A stretch of DNA of 64,000 nucleotides, taken from Nitrospirota bacterium. Its GTDB lineage: Bacteria; Nitrospirota; UBA9217. Under the pieces are notes generated by a model. That model worked only from the letters and a program-made list of their open reading frames with translations, did not search any database and had not been told where the DNA came from. Below, piece after piece: positions 19,946-28,298 of the stretch. How positions within the stretch are numbered: position 1 is the first letter of the stretch; every line of letters starts with the position of its first letter. The position numbers were made by a program, and so were the translations under genes. The stretch lies in assembly GCA_035623825.1 (NCBI GenBank), contig DASPSR010000007.1:128001-192000 (forward strand), written 5' to 3'.

Positions 19946-20190
19946 ACCACCTCCTGCCGATATATCTTAGTATATGATAGCGCTGAGACAGAAGAAGTCA
20001 AGAGGAGAAAAGGCTGAGGAAAGAGTACCCTATCGTGTCACTCTAACGCTGCACCCATATCATCGATGGAGCCTTCATCTTTTATCACCATGAAAGTCTC
20101 CGGCTTTAGTTGTTGACTCAGAACCAACTGGATCGTTACAAGAAAACAGGCCATTAAATACAGAAGATGAGAGATATTCCAGGAGGATCT

Positions 20191-20333
20191 TCACCGAGCT
20201 GCGTATTTCTCGGCGAACACAGAATATATCCGCTCGCTCAGTTCATCTGCTTGTTGGGCGATCGCAAAGCAGGACAAGAGAACTAACGCAACGATACTGC
20301 CGGCGAGAAACGATACTGCGCACAGAATCCCAT
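20191..20333 (-). pseudogene. Frameshifted small membrane-protein gene remnant
   Basis: Frame reads ILCAVSFLAGSIVALVLLSCFAIAQQADELSERIYSVFAEKYAAR*; the ATG at 20333 after AAAGGG is one base out of frame. Confidence 0.35.
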
Positions 20334-20432
20334 TCCCTTTTAATTCAATTGGTTCTGACGCAAAAGACGCATTTCAGCATGTGATGTGCATCGGTAATAA
20401 CAAAAAAAGGCAAAAGTAACGCGACCGACGGC

Positions 20433-21314
20433 CTAAGATGTTTCTTCAAGAATGTCCTTTTGATCGCGCACAGCCAGATGGGCGGCCAAGGACCTTGCCA
20501 CAATAGGGTTCGAGAGTTCTGGCGGAATCGAGATATCCTTCAGCACGCATCGGGACAATTCCATGAGATCGGACGTAGCCGCATGACGAGAGCACTTTCT
20601 TACCGCCGTATGAACGCGTTGAAGATACTGCAGCCCCTCATTCATGCGTTGGTAGACGAGGGCACCTTGCCGGGGTTCATCCCAAGAGGGGAGGAGATAA
20701 TGAAGGTCCTTAACGGCCTTAAGCTTTTGTATGGACGCAACCGAGGCCGGGACATCCTCGTAGATGGGCAGCTCGCCGGGAACGGGGATGGCATCTCCTG
20801 AAAAGAGCGCCTGGTATCCGAGCAGCAGAATGGCGATCGAGCCTTTCGAGTGGCCCGGGGTGTGGATCACCTGCAGCTTGAGGCCGCAGCCGAGGTCAAA
20901 AACCTCACCGTCCTCGAGCAGCCTGTTCACTACCAATGATCCAGCCACAAGAGAGCCGAAACCGGGTACCGGCCTCTCCTTTGCCTGCAGCTGTACATTC
21001 TCGATCCAAGCCTTTTCCGCGGCGTGAGCGGCAATAGCGCATCCCGTCTCCCCCTTTATGGTTCTTGATGCCCCGATATGGTCCGGATGAGAATGCGTCT
21101 GGACAATCAGCGATATGTCGCTTACTCTCCGGTCTGTCGCCCTCAGATAATTGAAGATCGTCTCCTCGGCAGACGCCACGCCGGCATCGATAAGACAGAT
21201 CCCATGCGTGCCGTAGATAAGATAGACGTATACGAACCGCTCCAGCGTCACGCCCCACGGGGTCGTTATGGTAAAGGGAATCTTGATTGCATGAATTTGC
21301 TTGTTGATCTGCAT
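20433..21314 (-). CDS. Metallo-beta-lactamase-fold hydrolase
   Basis: LIDAG, THSHPDHIG, HTPGHSKG, LFSGD; start set at MQINKQ. Confidence 0.9.
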   Translation of the reverse strand: MQINKQIHAIKIPFTITTPWGVTLERFVYVYLIYGTHGICLIDAGVASAEETIFNYLRATDRRVSDISLIVQTHSHPDHIGASRTIKGETGCAIAAHAAEKAWIENVQLQAKERPVPGFGSLVAGSLVVNRLLEDGEVFDLGCGLKLQVIHTPGHSKGSIAILLLGYQALFSGDAIPVPGELPIYEDVPASVASIQKLKAVKDLHYLLPSWDEPRQGALVYQRMNEGLQYLQRVHTAVRKCSRHAATSDLMELSRCVLKDISIPPELSNPIVARSLAAHLAVRDQKDILEETS

Positions 21315-21427
21315 TGATACAGTATTTCCTTTTCCCCATACTATAGAATATTTGAATCCATTGCAAGATAAAACAAGGAAGACCTCGCAAGGGGCTGCCT
21401 TTTTGTCAGTGATCCACATAAATGCGC

Positions 21428-21517
21428 TTCAACGTATTTAACGGCGCTCTCTACTATGCAGCCAATGATGCCACGAATGGTTGAGAGCATTGGAATACTG
21501 ACGGTACCATGGCCGAA
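21428..21517 (+). pseudogene. ELWxxDGT-repeat protein fragment
   Basis: Reads FNVFNGALYYAANDATNG*EHWNTDGTMAE: one repeat with an in-frame stop. Confidence 0.6.
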
Positions 21518-21597
21518 TTAATAAAACTCAAATCTATACTGGAACACGCAGCAGTTGCGTTTCTTGGAAATTCTAATTTTATCCTATCGGCTAAAAA

Positions 21598-21746
21598 AGT
21601 AAGAACTTTATTGTTTGCGATTGGAAGAACTTTATTGTCTTAAACGGGGAAAAGTAAGAACTTTGTCTTTTTTGCCGATTTTCGAACACTATATAAATCA
21701 ATGAGTTAGAATAAGCATTTTGCAACAACTTTGTTGTTTGCAGACA
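21598..21746 (-). mobile_element. Tn7-like left end, copy 1
   Basis: Minus-strand terminus TGTCTGCAAACAACAAAGTT; internal sites at 21601, 21625 and 21656; perfect IHF consensus AATCAATGAGTTA at 21696-21708. Confidence 0.8.
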
Positions 21747-21879
21747 ACAAACGTCGTCGGCGAAACAAGGGAGAACCATGGACCGTAAAGGCAAGACTGC
21801 ACCTCAATTTCACAAAGAGGAAAGAGAATCTTGGAATTACCGATCTTACTAAATTTCCGCCCAAGTTCTGACATGACGG

Positions 21880-22854
21880 CTATCTCTGCTTCCTCTCCCA
21901 TTCCCATGCAGTCTTGATGATGTAATCGAGGGAATCGAATTTCGGCTTCCAATTCAGTTTTTGTTTCAACCTGGAACTGTCAGCAACCAGGACTGGAGGG
22001 TCTCCTCCCCTTCGCTCAGTCTCCTGGACCACAAAGCTCTTCCCAGTTACCTTCTTGGCGGTATCAATCACTTCCCTTACGGAGTATCCATGGCCGTAGC
22101 CACAATTAAAAAAATCACTCTTGCCACCCTCAAGAAGATATTTGAGTGCAAGAAGATGAGCATCGGCAAGGTCTTCTACATGGATATAGTCCCTGATACA
22201 TGTGCCGTCAGGAGTGGGGTAATTTGTCCCGTATACCTTGATGCTCTGGCGCTCCCCTTTTGCGGTCTTTAATATAAGCGGAATTAGGTGCGATTCAGGG
22301 TTGTGCCGCTCCCCGATTCGTCCCTTAGAATCCGCCCCTGCGGTATTGAAGTAACGGAGGGAAATCTGTTGAAAATCCATGGCAGCCGACAGATCCTTTA
22401 AGACCTGTTCAACAATGACCTTTGATTGACCATAGGGATTGATGGGGCTTATCTTCTCATCTTCGGTTATCGGGACTTTTTCGGGAATGCCGTACACGGC
22501 CGCGCTAGAAGAAAAGATGAATTTGCGCACCCGATGTTTTGTGAGGACATCTAGAAGGTTTAAGGTGTTTCCTACGTTGTTTACATAATATTTAATAGCA
22601 TTACTGACCGATTCGCCGACCTCGATGAAAGCCGCAAAATGCATCACCGCATTAGGCCTGAACCATTTTACGGTATGTTCAAGTCGCATCGTATCAGCTA
22701 GGTCACCAACGACTAGTTCACCATCCAAGACAGAATCACGGTAGCCCCTCGAAAGGTTGTCGTAGACCAGTATCGTAAAACCCGCTTCATCTAGGGCTTT
22801 GACGACGTGACTTCCTATATATCCGGCACCGCCGGTGACAAGGATATTTCTCAA
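21880..22854 (-). CDS. galE: UDP-glucose 4-epimerase
   Basis: ILVTGGAGYIGSH, HFAAFIEVGES, FSSSAAVYG, PYGQSK, LRYFN, DGTCIRDYIHV. Confidence 0.96.
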   Translation of the reverse strand: MRNILVTGGAGYIGSHVVKALDEAGFTILVYDNLSRGYRDSVLDGELVVGDLADTMRLEHTVKWFRPNAVMHFAAFIEVGESVSNAIKYYVNNVGNTLNLLDVLTKHRVRKFIFSSSAAVYGIPEKVPITEDEKISPINPYGQSKVIVEQVLKDLSAAMDFQQISLRYFNTAGADSKGRIGERHNPESHLIPLILKTAKGERQSIKVYGTNYPTPDGTCIRDYIHVEDLADAHLLALKYLLEGGKSDFFNCGYGHGYSVREVIDTAKKVTGKSFVVQETERRGGDPPVLVADSSRLKQKLNWKPKFDSLDYIIKTAWEWERKQR

Positions 22855-23197
22855 TAATGTCTCTCTTATAGTAAAAGTATTATGATCGTATTTCTTTACG
22901 ACTCAGTAAGTTAATAACACGAACACGACTACGAGTCAAATCGTATTTTCCGCTTTTGCAAATTCCTCAATCTAGCCACTTATTTAGTAAATCAAACTGT
23001 AAGTCCGTTACCATCCATTTCTCTGGTAACTAATCGGCTATTGAACAGCCCCACTTAGCTCATTGGAATGCACCTTGTTTAGTTCTTGCCATCATCTTGA
23101 TGTCTCCATAAAATGCTCTTGCAATTTGTAAATCGTTTTTAGTATGATAAGTGCATATGCGTTTTGCGGCCTTAGAATGCGGTTTATGGGCCAAAAA

Positions 23198-23344
23198 AAC
23201 AAGAAATTTATCGTCTGCGATTGTAAGAACTTTATTGTCTTAAACAGGGAAAAGTAAGAACTTTGTCTTTTTTGCCGATTTTTGAGCACTATATAATTCA
23301 ATGAGTTACTACGAGCTTTGTAATAACTTTATTGTCCGCAGACA
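23198..23344 (-). mobile_element. Tn7-like left end, copy 2
   Basis: Minus-strand terminus TGTCTGCGGACAATAAAGTT, close to the Tn7 end TGTGGGCGGACAATAAAGT; sites at 23201, 23225 and 23256; IHF-like ATTCAATGAGTTA at 23296-23308. Confidence 0.85.
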
Positions 23345-23460
23345 TCTCCTCCTCCTGTATGTTTCATATCGTAGTTATTACTCTCATCAACAGAATATTC
23401 TTCGTACGGATGTTTGCAAATAAAGAGATGTGATGTTGTGCAACATTCTGCCCAGTTTTA

Positions 23461-23489
23461 TTGACAAGCATAGCGGCCATTGCTATCCT
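23461..23489 (+). promoter_or_regulatory. Sigma70-type promoter
   Basis: TTGACA-N17-TATCCT with extended -10 TG, upstream of the CBM48 gene. Confidence 0.5.
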
Positions 23490-23610
23490 TAGATTAGTTA
23501 CAGAGGTATGATATCGCGATAAACTGAAAATAAGGAGAAGACGCCGTACGAAAGCTTGAAATGTGCGCGATTCACAATACTTCACAAATCAGAATGAGGA
23601 GGTGACATTT

Positions 23611-23934
23611 ATGCCGGCAATGGAGACCGTTAAAGAGATGAAGGAATCCATAAGCATACATCGGGGCTTCGGTAGGTCGCGAGACGTGGAATTCGTGCTT
23701 TATGCGCCTGAAGCTAAGAAAGCTTATATCGCAGGTAAATTCAACAATTGGAACACAGAACAGTATCCCATGAAAAAAGGCAAGGATGGGTTTTGGAGAA
23801 TAAAAATCAAACTATCTGCGGGGACGCATGAGTATAAGTATTTTGTTGATGGCGCTTGGGCTCAAGATGTTCCCTGTGCCGCACTGGTGCCGAATCCATT
23901 TGGCACTTCTAACTGTGTAATTTCAGTGAAGTGA
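23611..23934 (+). CDS. Glycogen-binding (CBM48/AMPK-beta-like, isoamylase early set) domain protein
   Basis: SD GAGGAGG; VEFVLYAPEAKKAYIAGKFNNW, GTHEYKYFVDGAW, NPFGTSN. Confidence 0.88.
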   Translation: MPAMETVKEMKESISIHRGFGRSRDVEFVLYAPEAKKAYIAGKFNNWNTEQYPMKKGKDGFWRIKIKLSAGTHEYKYFVDGAWAQDVPCAALVPNPFGTSNCVISVK

Positions 23935-24020
23935 TCGATTGTCGGGGTGACGATGCAGTCGAGGTCGTGTAAAAACCTCTGGGTGTTTTTCCCAGGCAAC
24001 CGTTAAAGCGAATCTTGACA

Positions 24021-24059
24021 GCCCCGTTCCGTGGACGTTAGGAGCGGGGTTTTGTATTT
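24021..24059 (+). terminator. Intrinsic terminator
   Basis: GCCCCGTTCC / GGAGCGGGGT stem followed by a T-rich tail. Confidence 0.6.
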
Positions 24060-24542
24060 ACTGCTCGTCTTTGCACTAGCAAATCGATGCGCGGACCTTT
24101 TCCGCTGTGTAACTACCAACCAGGGATTCACAATTTAATTTCGATATAGCCTCATGCCTATTAATAGGTGTCTTCGATACTGATGCGAATTCTAAAAAAT
24201 AAGGATTTCCGCTAGATGACTTTCGCCAGGCCTTCCTATTCGAAACGTGTGACTAAGACGTCTTATCAGCAAGAATAGATACATCCTGAAGTCGTTGTCG
24301 ATGTAATTCTTTGCAACCTTCATGTTTCCTGCCGAACGAAACAGCACGTATCCCGACTATCTCCATCCCAGGTGGTTGACAATTGTATCGTTCAGGAATA
24401 TAGTTTTTTCGATCCATGAATATCATGGCACAATCATTGCTAAACTCGATAATACCGGAAATTCGTTTTTTACGAGTTAAGCATAACCAGACAATCACTT
24501 GTTAGGCCTGTTAACAATTTCAAAAATCACCAAGGAGAAAAC

Positions 24543-24857
24543 ATGCGCTGGTATCACTACATTGCTTTCTTTTTTGCTGGAGCGTTTCTAACAAACGCAA
24601 TTCCTCATTTCGTCAACGGTATCTCCGGCTCAGCTTTTCAAAGCCCCTTCGCCTCTCCACTTGGGCAAGGCCTATCTTCAGCGTTGGTCAATGTTCTTTG
24701 GGGCTTTTTCAATTTTGTACTCGGCTACCTTCTGGTTTGCAGAGTTGGGACCTTCAGCCTCAGAAAGACCAGCCACGCAATTGCATTGGGTGCCGGAATC
24801 CTTTGTATGTCGCTTATGCTGGCCCATTCATTCGCGCGGTTCCATGGCGGATTGTAG
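24543..24857 (+). CDS. Small membrane protein (about 3 TM) carried as an integron gene cassette
   Basis: SD AAGGAG; hydrophobic helices, NAIPHFVNG.SG..FQSPFA.P motif; bounded by GTTAGGC (24501) and GCCTAAC (24867). Confidence 0.8.
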   Translation: MRWYHYIAFFFAGAFLTNAIPHFVNGISGSAFQSPFASPLGQGLSSALVNVLWGFFNFVLGYLLVCRVGTFSLRKTSHAIALGAGILCMSLMLAHSFARFHGGL

Positions 24858-24866
24858 TAATGGTCG

Positions 24867-24993
24867 GCCTAACCATAATACGCTCAAATCGGACCCAACA
24901 GCCGCTGATTGGTTCCTCCACCGGACATCCGTCCTTCTCGTCTCCTTCGTGCCTCCGGCTGGCGGTTGGTCCGGTTAGCGAGACTCGTTCTGA
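24867..24993 (+). mobile_element. Integron attC site
   Basis: R'' GCCTAAC; L'' GCT[C]AA with extra base; inner arms CGGACCCAACAGCC / GGCGGTTGGTCCG; L' GGTTAGC; R' GTTCTGA. R'' is the exact complement of the cassette-start GTTAGGC. Confidence 0.8.
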
Positions 24994-25184
24994 ATAGTAC
25001 TATTGGAATTATTGGAGTTTCCAACTCTGAGACTTAGTAGGTGCCGTTAACTCCGGTCGAGAGAAGGTCGTCTGATCTTTTCTGGTTGAAATGTTCAGCC
25101 TTAGTGTCTTCCTGAAAGGCGCTAGTTGCCATTCTTTTAAATATTGTTCGTTTCTCGTGAAAGTTGCAATTCTGGATGCAAAAT

Positions 25185-25330
25185 GGTAAGAAATTAATTG
25201 TCTGCAAATTTCACAACATTATTGTTTATTGAATTAAAATGTAAGAACTTTAGTTTTCGGGCGGTTTTCCGGCCATTGAAATATCAATGAGCTACAGACT
25301 TGTTTGTAAGGACTTAATTGTCTGCAGACA
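25185..25330 (-). mobile_element. Tn7-like left end, copy 3 (more diverged)
   Basis: Minus-strand terminus TGTCTGCAGACAATTAAGT; sites at 25188, ~25212 and 25243 with the same spacing as copies 1 and 2; IHF-like TATCAATGAGCTA at 25282-25294. Confidence 0.75.
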
Positions 25331-25410
25331 CCCCTCCTCTCTCGCTCGTCGTCTTTTTTTCATGGCTAACTGCAACTAGCTTCAGTTTTTCTCGCCTGCA
25401 TCTCTTCCCG

Positions 25411-25544
25411 TTGACAATGCAGCGCTAAAAGAATAAAATGTCGGACTCGCAATACCCGTAGATGATCAAGAACTCTTTCGGAATCCAACGCTATCTACTC
25501 CAAAACCGTTCACCATTGACATCGCACTAGTTCGGGCATATAGT
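25411..25544 (+). promoter_or_regulatory. Two tandem sigma70 promoters
   Basis: TTGACA-N17-TAAAAT (25411-25439) and TTGACA-N17-TATAGT (25516-25544). Confidence 0.6.
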
Positions 25545-25582
25545 TGGTGTGCTGCGATCTAACTGCAGGCCAAGAGTCAGAA

Positions 25583-26059
25583 ATGACAAAAGCAAACGAT
25601 ACGATAGGCCGTGATGATCCATTTGGCTTAAGTCGCTTCATAAATGCTCAAGACGGCGTCTATGATCGTGTCCTCGAGGAGTTGAAAAACGGCCGGAAGA
25701 GATCGCACTGGATGTGGTACATATTTCCGCAGGTTGATGGATTGGGATACAGTGCTACCTCGAAACACTATGCCATAAAAAGTGTAGAAGAGGCTCGGGC
25801 ATACTTAAATCACCCTGTTCTTGGATCAAGACTGTTGGAATGTGCAAACACTGTCTTGGCCACTGAAGGACGGTCAGCTTCTGGTATTTTTGGCTACCCC
25901 GATGATCTGAAGCTTCAATCCTCCATGACTCTTTTTGCATCCGTAGCGGATCAGGACTCCGTATTTGCCCATGTCCTTGATAAGTATTTTCAGGGCGAAC
26001 GCGACGTGAGAACGCTCCAGATATTGAAGAAAATGAGGGGGGACAAGGGCCGAGAATAG
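25583..26059 (+). CDS. DUF1810-family protein
   Basis: DPFGLSRFINAQ, GRKRSHWMWYIFPQ, AYLNHPVLGSRL, IFGYPDDLKLQSSMTLF. Confidence 0.88.
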   Translation: MTKANDTIGRDDPFGLSRFINAQDGVYDRVLEELKNGRKRSHWMWYIFPQVDGLGYSATSKHYAIKSVEEARAYLNHPVLGSRLLECANTVLATEGRSASGIFGYPDDLKLQSSMTLFASVADQDSVFAHVLDKYFQGERDVRTLQILKKMRGDKGRE

Positions 26060-26149
26060 CCTGGCGATGCGCTCCAACAGATGAGCTAATCAAATGATAA
26101 CTGCGCTTATGGTTATGAATCGTATATCTTTTATAGATCCTTTCTGTCA

Positions 26150-26275
26150 TATTATGCCACCGAACCTATACCTATAAATTTGCATTTCGGAAGCCTTTTG
26201 CTTCCAATCGTGCCCGGCAAATATATGCTTCCATAAAATAAGCGAAAAACACTTGGCTTGGACAAACTCAGCCAT
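26150..26275 (-). pseudogene. Frameshifted DUF2007-like (putative signal-transducing) gene remnant
   Basis: MAEFVQAK, then in a shifted frame FAYFMEAYICRARLEAKGF, resembling EAxxxxxxLExxGI. Confidence 0.35.
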
Positions 26276-26413
26276 AGAACGGATATATCATCACACCATA
26301 TGTAAATATATCTAGCAAGCTCACATAGTACTCCCTATATGAATTACGGGGCCAACAGCGTGAATACATCTGAAGCGAATAACAATTTCAATCCCCTTGC
26401 TAATTGTGCTAAC

Positions 26414-26520
26414 ATGATAGCATCAGATACAGGCATGCTGATCAACAACAACCCGGCACAATGAACAACAATGGTGCGCTAAACAATTTCGGGACACTGA
26501 ACAACTTCGTCAATCAATAG
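26414..26520 (+). pseudogene. Fragment of Asn/Gly-rich repeat (beta-helix/autotransporter-like) gene
   Basis: DTGMLINNN, frameshift, then GTMNNNGALNNFGTLNNF repeats of G-x-L-N-N. Confidence 0.4.
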
Positions 26521-26562
26521 GGAACAAAATAAGTTACAGATTCATTAATTTCAGGAGGCATT

Positions 26563-27390
26563 TTGACCATATCAAAAAATATTAGGCAATATTATTATAG
26601 CTTGTTTGATCTGTTAAAATTGGATAAAAATGGTGGGGATCCCAATGGGCCTGTGGTATCCCTGACAACTGTCCCGCACCGTATTGATAATATCAAGCCA
26701 ACGCTGGTCAGCTTATTGCGTCAAACGGTAAAACCAAAACGAATTGAAATAAACTTGAGCGAAGAATTGTTTGCGGGGAGAAAAATACCCATGTCGCTTC
26801 TAAACCTGGAAAATGTAAAAATATGTTGGCAAAAAAAGGATTACGGTCCTGCTACAAAATTGATTGCCACGATCGAAAGATATCAAACTCAAAACGAGAG
26901 AATAGTTATAGTTGATGATGATATGTATTATTCGAAAGATATGATATCGGATTTAATGGCTGCTGATATGAAAGCAGATGGCAAACACGTTTTTTGCATC
27001 AATGGCTTTTTATTACCAAGGGACCTTAAATCAGAATCTATTGGATCGGACAAGGCATTGAAGTCAGGCACCAGAAAAGTAGCGGTTATTGAGGGATGTG
27101 GTGGCTACATATTACGTTCTAACCATCTTGATTGGAAGTTACTGTTAAATCTTGAAAATGCTCCAGCAAGAGCCTTGTTTGATGACGATATTTGGTTTAG
27201 TGGTCATTTAAGCAAAGCTGGCGTTGACAAAATACAGATTCCGACCGGCAAAAGGAAGTCTCTGGTCAACTCCCATAAAGGATCTGCTATTAGTGGCGAC
27301 AGGTGGCAATTGCAATCGGATTTGATGATCTTTTTTAAAGATGATTGGAAAGATTATGAGTATGAACGTGATCAACCACGTACCTGCTGA
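26563..27390 (+). CDS. GT-A fold glycosyltransferase
   Basis: VVSLTTVPHRI, DYGPATKL, IVIVDDD, DDIWFSGHL; visibly AT-rich. Confidence 0.8.
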   Translation: MTISKNIRQYYYSLFDLLKLDKNGGDPNGPVVSLTTVPHRIDNIKPTLVSLLRQTVKPKRIEINLSEELFAGRKIPMSLLNLENVKICWQKKDYGPATKLIATIERYQTQNERIVIVDDDMYYSKDMISDLMAADMKADGKHVFCINGFLLPRDLKSESIGSDKALKSGTRKVAVIEGCGGYILRSNHLDWKLLLNLENAPARALFDDDIWFSGHLSKAGVDKIQIPTGKRKSLVNSHKGSAISGDRWQLQSDLMIFFKDDWKDYEYERDQPRTC

Positions 27391-27602
27391 GCCAGCCCAA
27401 TCATTAATCGTCTGTGCATGAAGAGATAGAGACCTGACGAGCACCGTGGTCTGTCATGGGTGCACGGTACACGCAGGGAAAGTGCCGACCACAGAGAGCC
27501 GGAAAGCTCGCCCAGACCGGCTTGAGGCAGGCGGGATTTTCGTCAGTATCTATGCCGGGTCCGTGCGCGCGGTCCGTAGTACGGCGATGAATGAGTTGCG
27601 GT

Positions 27603-28235
27603 ATGAAATCAGACGAGAGAAAAGACTTCGACAGAGAGGCGGCTACCTGGGACCAGAATCCAGGCAGGGTCAAGCTTGCCGATGACGTAGCCGATACGAT
27701 CATCAGAGAAATACACCCGACCAGAGATATGGACGTTCTGGATTTCGGCTGCGGTACGGGGTTGGTGACTCTCCGGCTGCAGCCTTTCGTGAAGACGATT
27801 ACTGGCGCTGACAGTTCAAAAGGCATGCTCGGCGTTCTCCAGGACAAGGTCAGCAGGTCGGGCCTGAAGAACGTTAAGATGCAATTCGCGGATTTTGAAA
27901 AGGGGGAGCGAGTAGAGGGAACGTTTCATTTGGTTGTGAGCAGCATGACCCTGCATCATGTGTCTGACACCGGCCAGCTGTTCAGGCAGTGGTATGGTCT
28001 GCTGCTGCCAGGCGGCGTGCTCTGCGCCGCCGATTTGGACGCGGAGGACGGTTCTTTTCACGGAGACAATTTTGGCGTGCTGCATTTTGGTTTTGATCGG
28101 CGACACCTGAAAGGGCTTCTCCAAAAGACTGGTTTTACGGAAGTCCGTGATGTAACGGCCGCAGCCGTTGAGAAAGAGATCGAAGGGAAGGGGAAACGGA
28201 CGTTCAGGGTGTTCCTGATAATCGGGAAAAAATAG
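27603..28235 (+). CDS. Class I SAM-dependent methyltransferase
   Basis: FDREAATWD, VLDFGCGTG, SSMTLHHV, HFGFDR. Confidence 0.9.
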   Translation: MKSDERKDFDREAATWDQNPGRVKLADDVADTIIREIHPTRDMDVLDFGCGTGLVTLRLQPFVKTITGADSSKGMLGVLQDKVSRSGLKNVKMQFADFEKGERVEGTFHLVVSSMTLHHVSDTGQLFRQWYGLLLPGGVLCAADLDAEDGSFHGDNFGVLHFGFDRRHLKGLLQKTGFTEVRDVTAAAVEKEIEGKGKRTFRVFLIIGKK

Positions 28236-28298
28236 CAGAAGACGAATCATACAGGTGGTGGCATGAGGAAGCGGTGCACCGTGAATCACATCATCGCC

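Noticed and set aside
20170-20260. Second attC on the minus strand (GCCCAAC-AAGCA-GATGAAC)
   Set aside because: No L'/R' half is present, and the segment reads better as part of a small membrane-protein remnant.
21591-23301. Similar ORFs 21591-21794 and 23092-23301 as a duplicated gene
   Set aside because: Their similarity coincides exactly with the repeated transposon end; there are no protein-like features.
24060-24480. Integron integrase gene upstream of the attI-like site
   Set aside because: No tyrosine-recombinase motifs in any frame I could read; only short uninformative ORFs.
21598-25330. Short AAGAACTTTATTGT repeats as a CRISPR array
   Set aside because: Repeats are about 20 bp, degenerate and unevenly spaced, and the intervening sequence is conserved between blocks; no cas genes are present. 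The pattern fits transposon ends.
17845-25335. 5-bp target-site duplication defining one intact element
   Set aside because: Bases before the candidate TGT (GATGA) match none of the left-end flanks (ACAAA, TCTCC, CCCCT), and the right terminus is degenerate.
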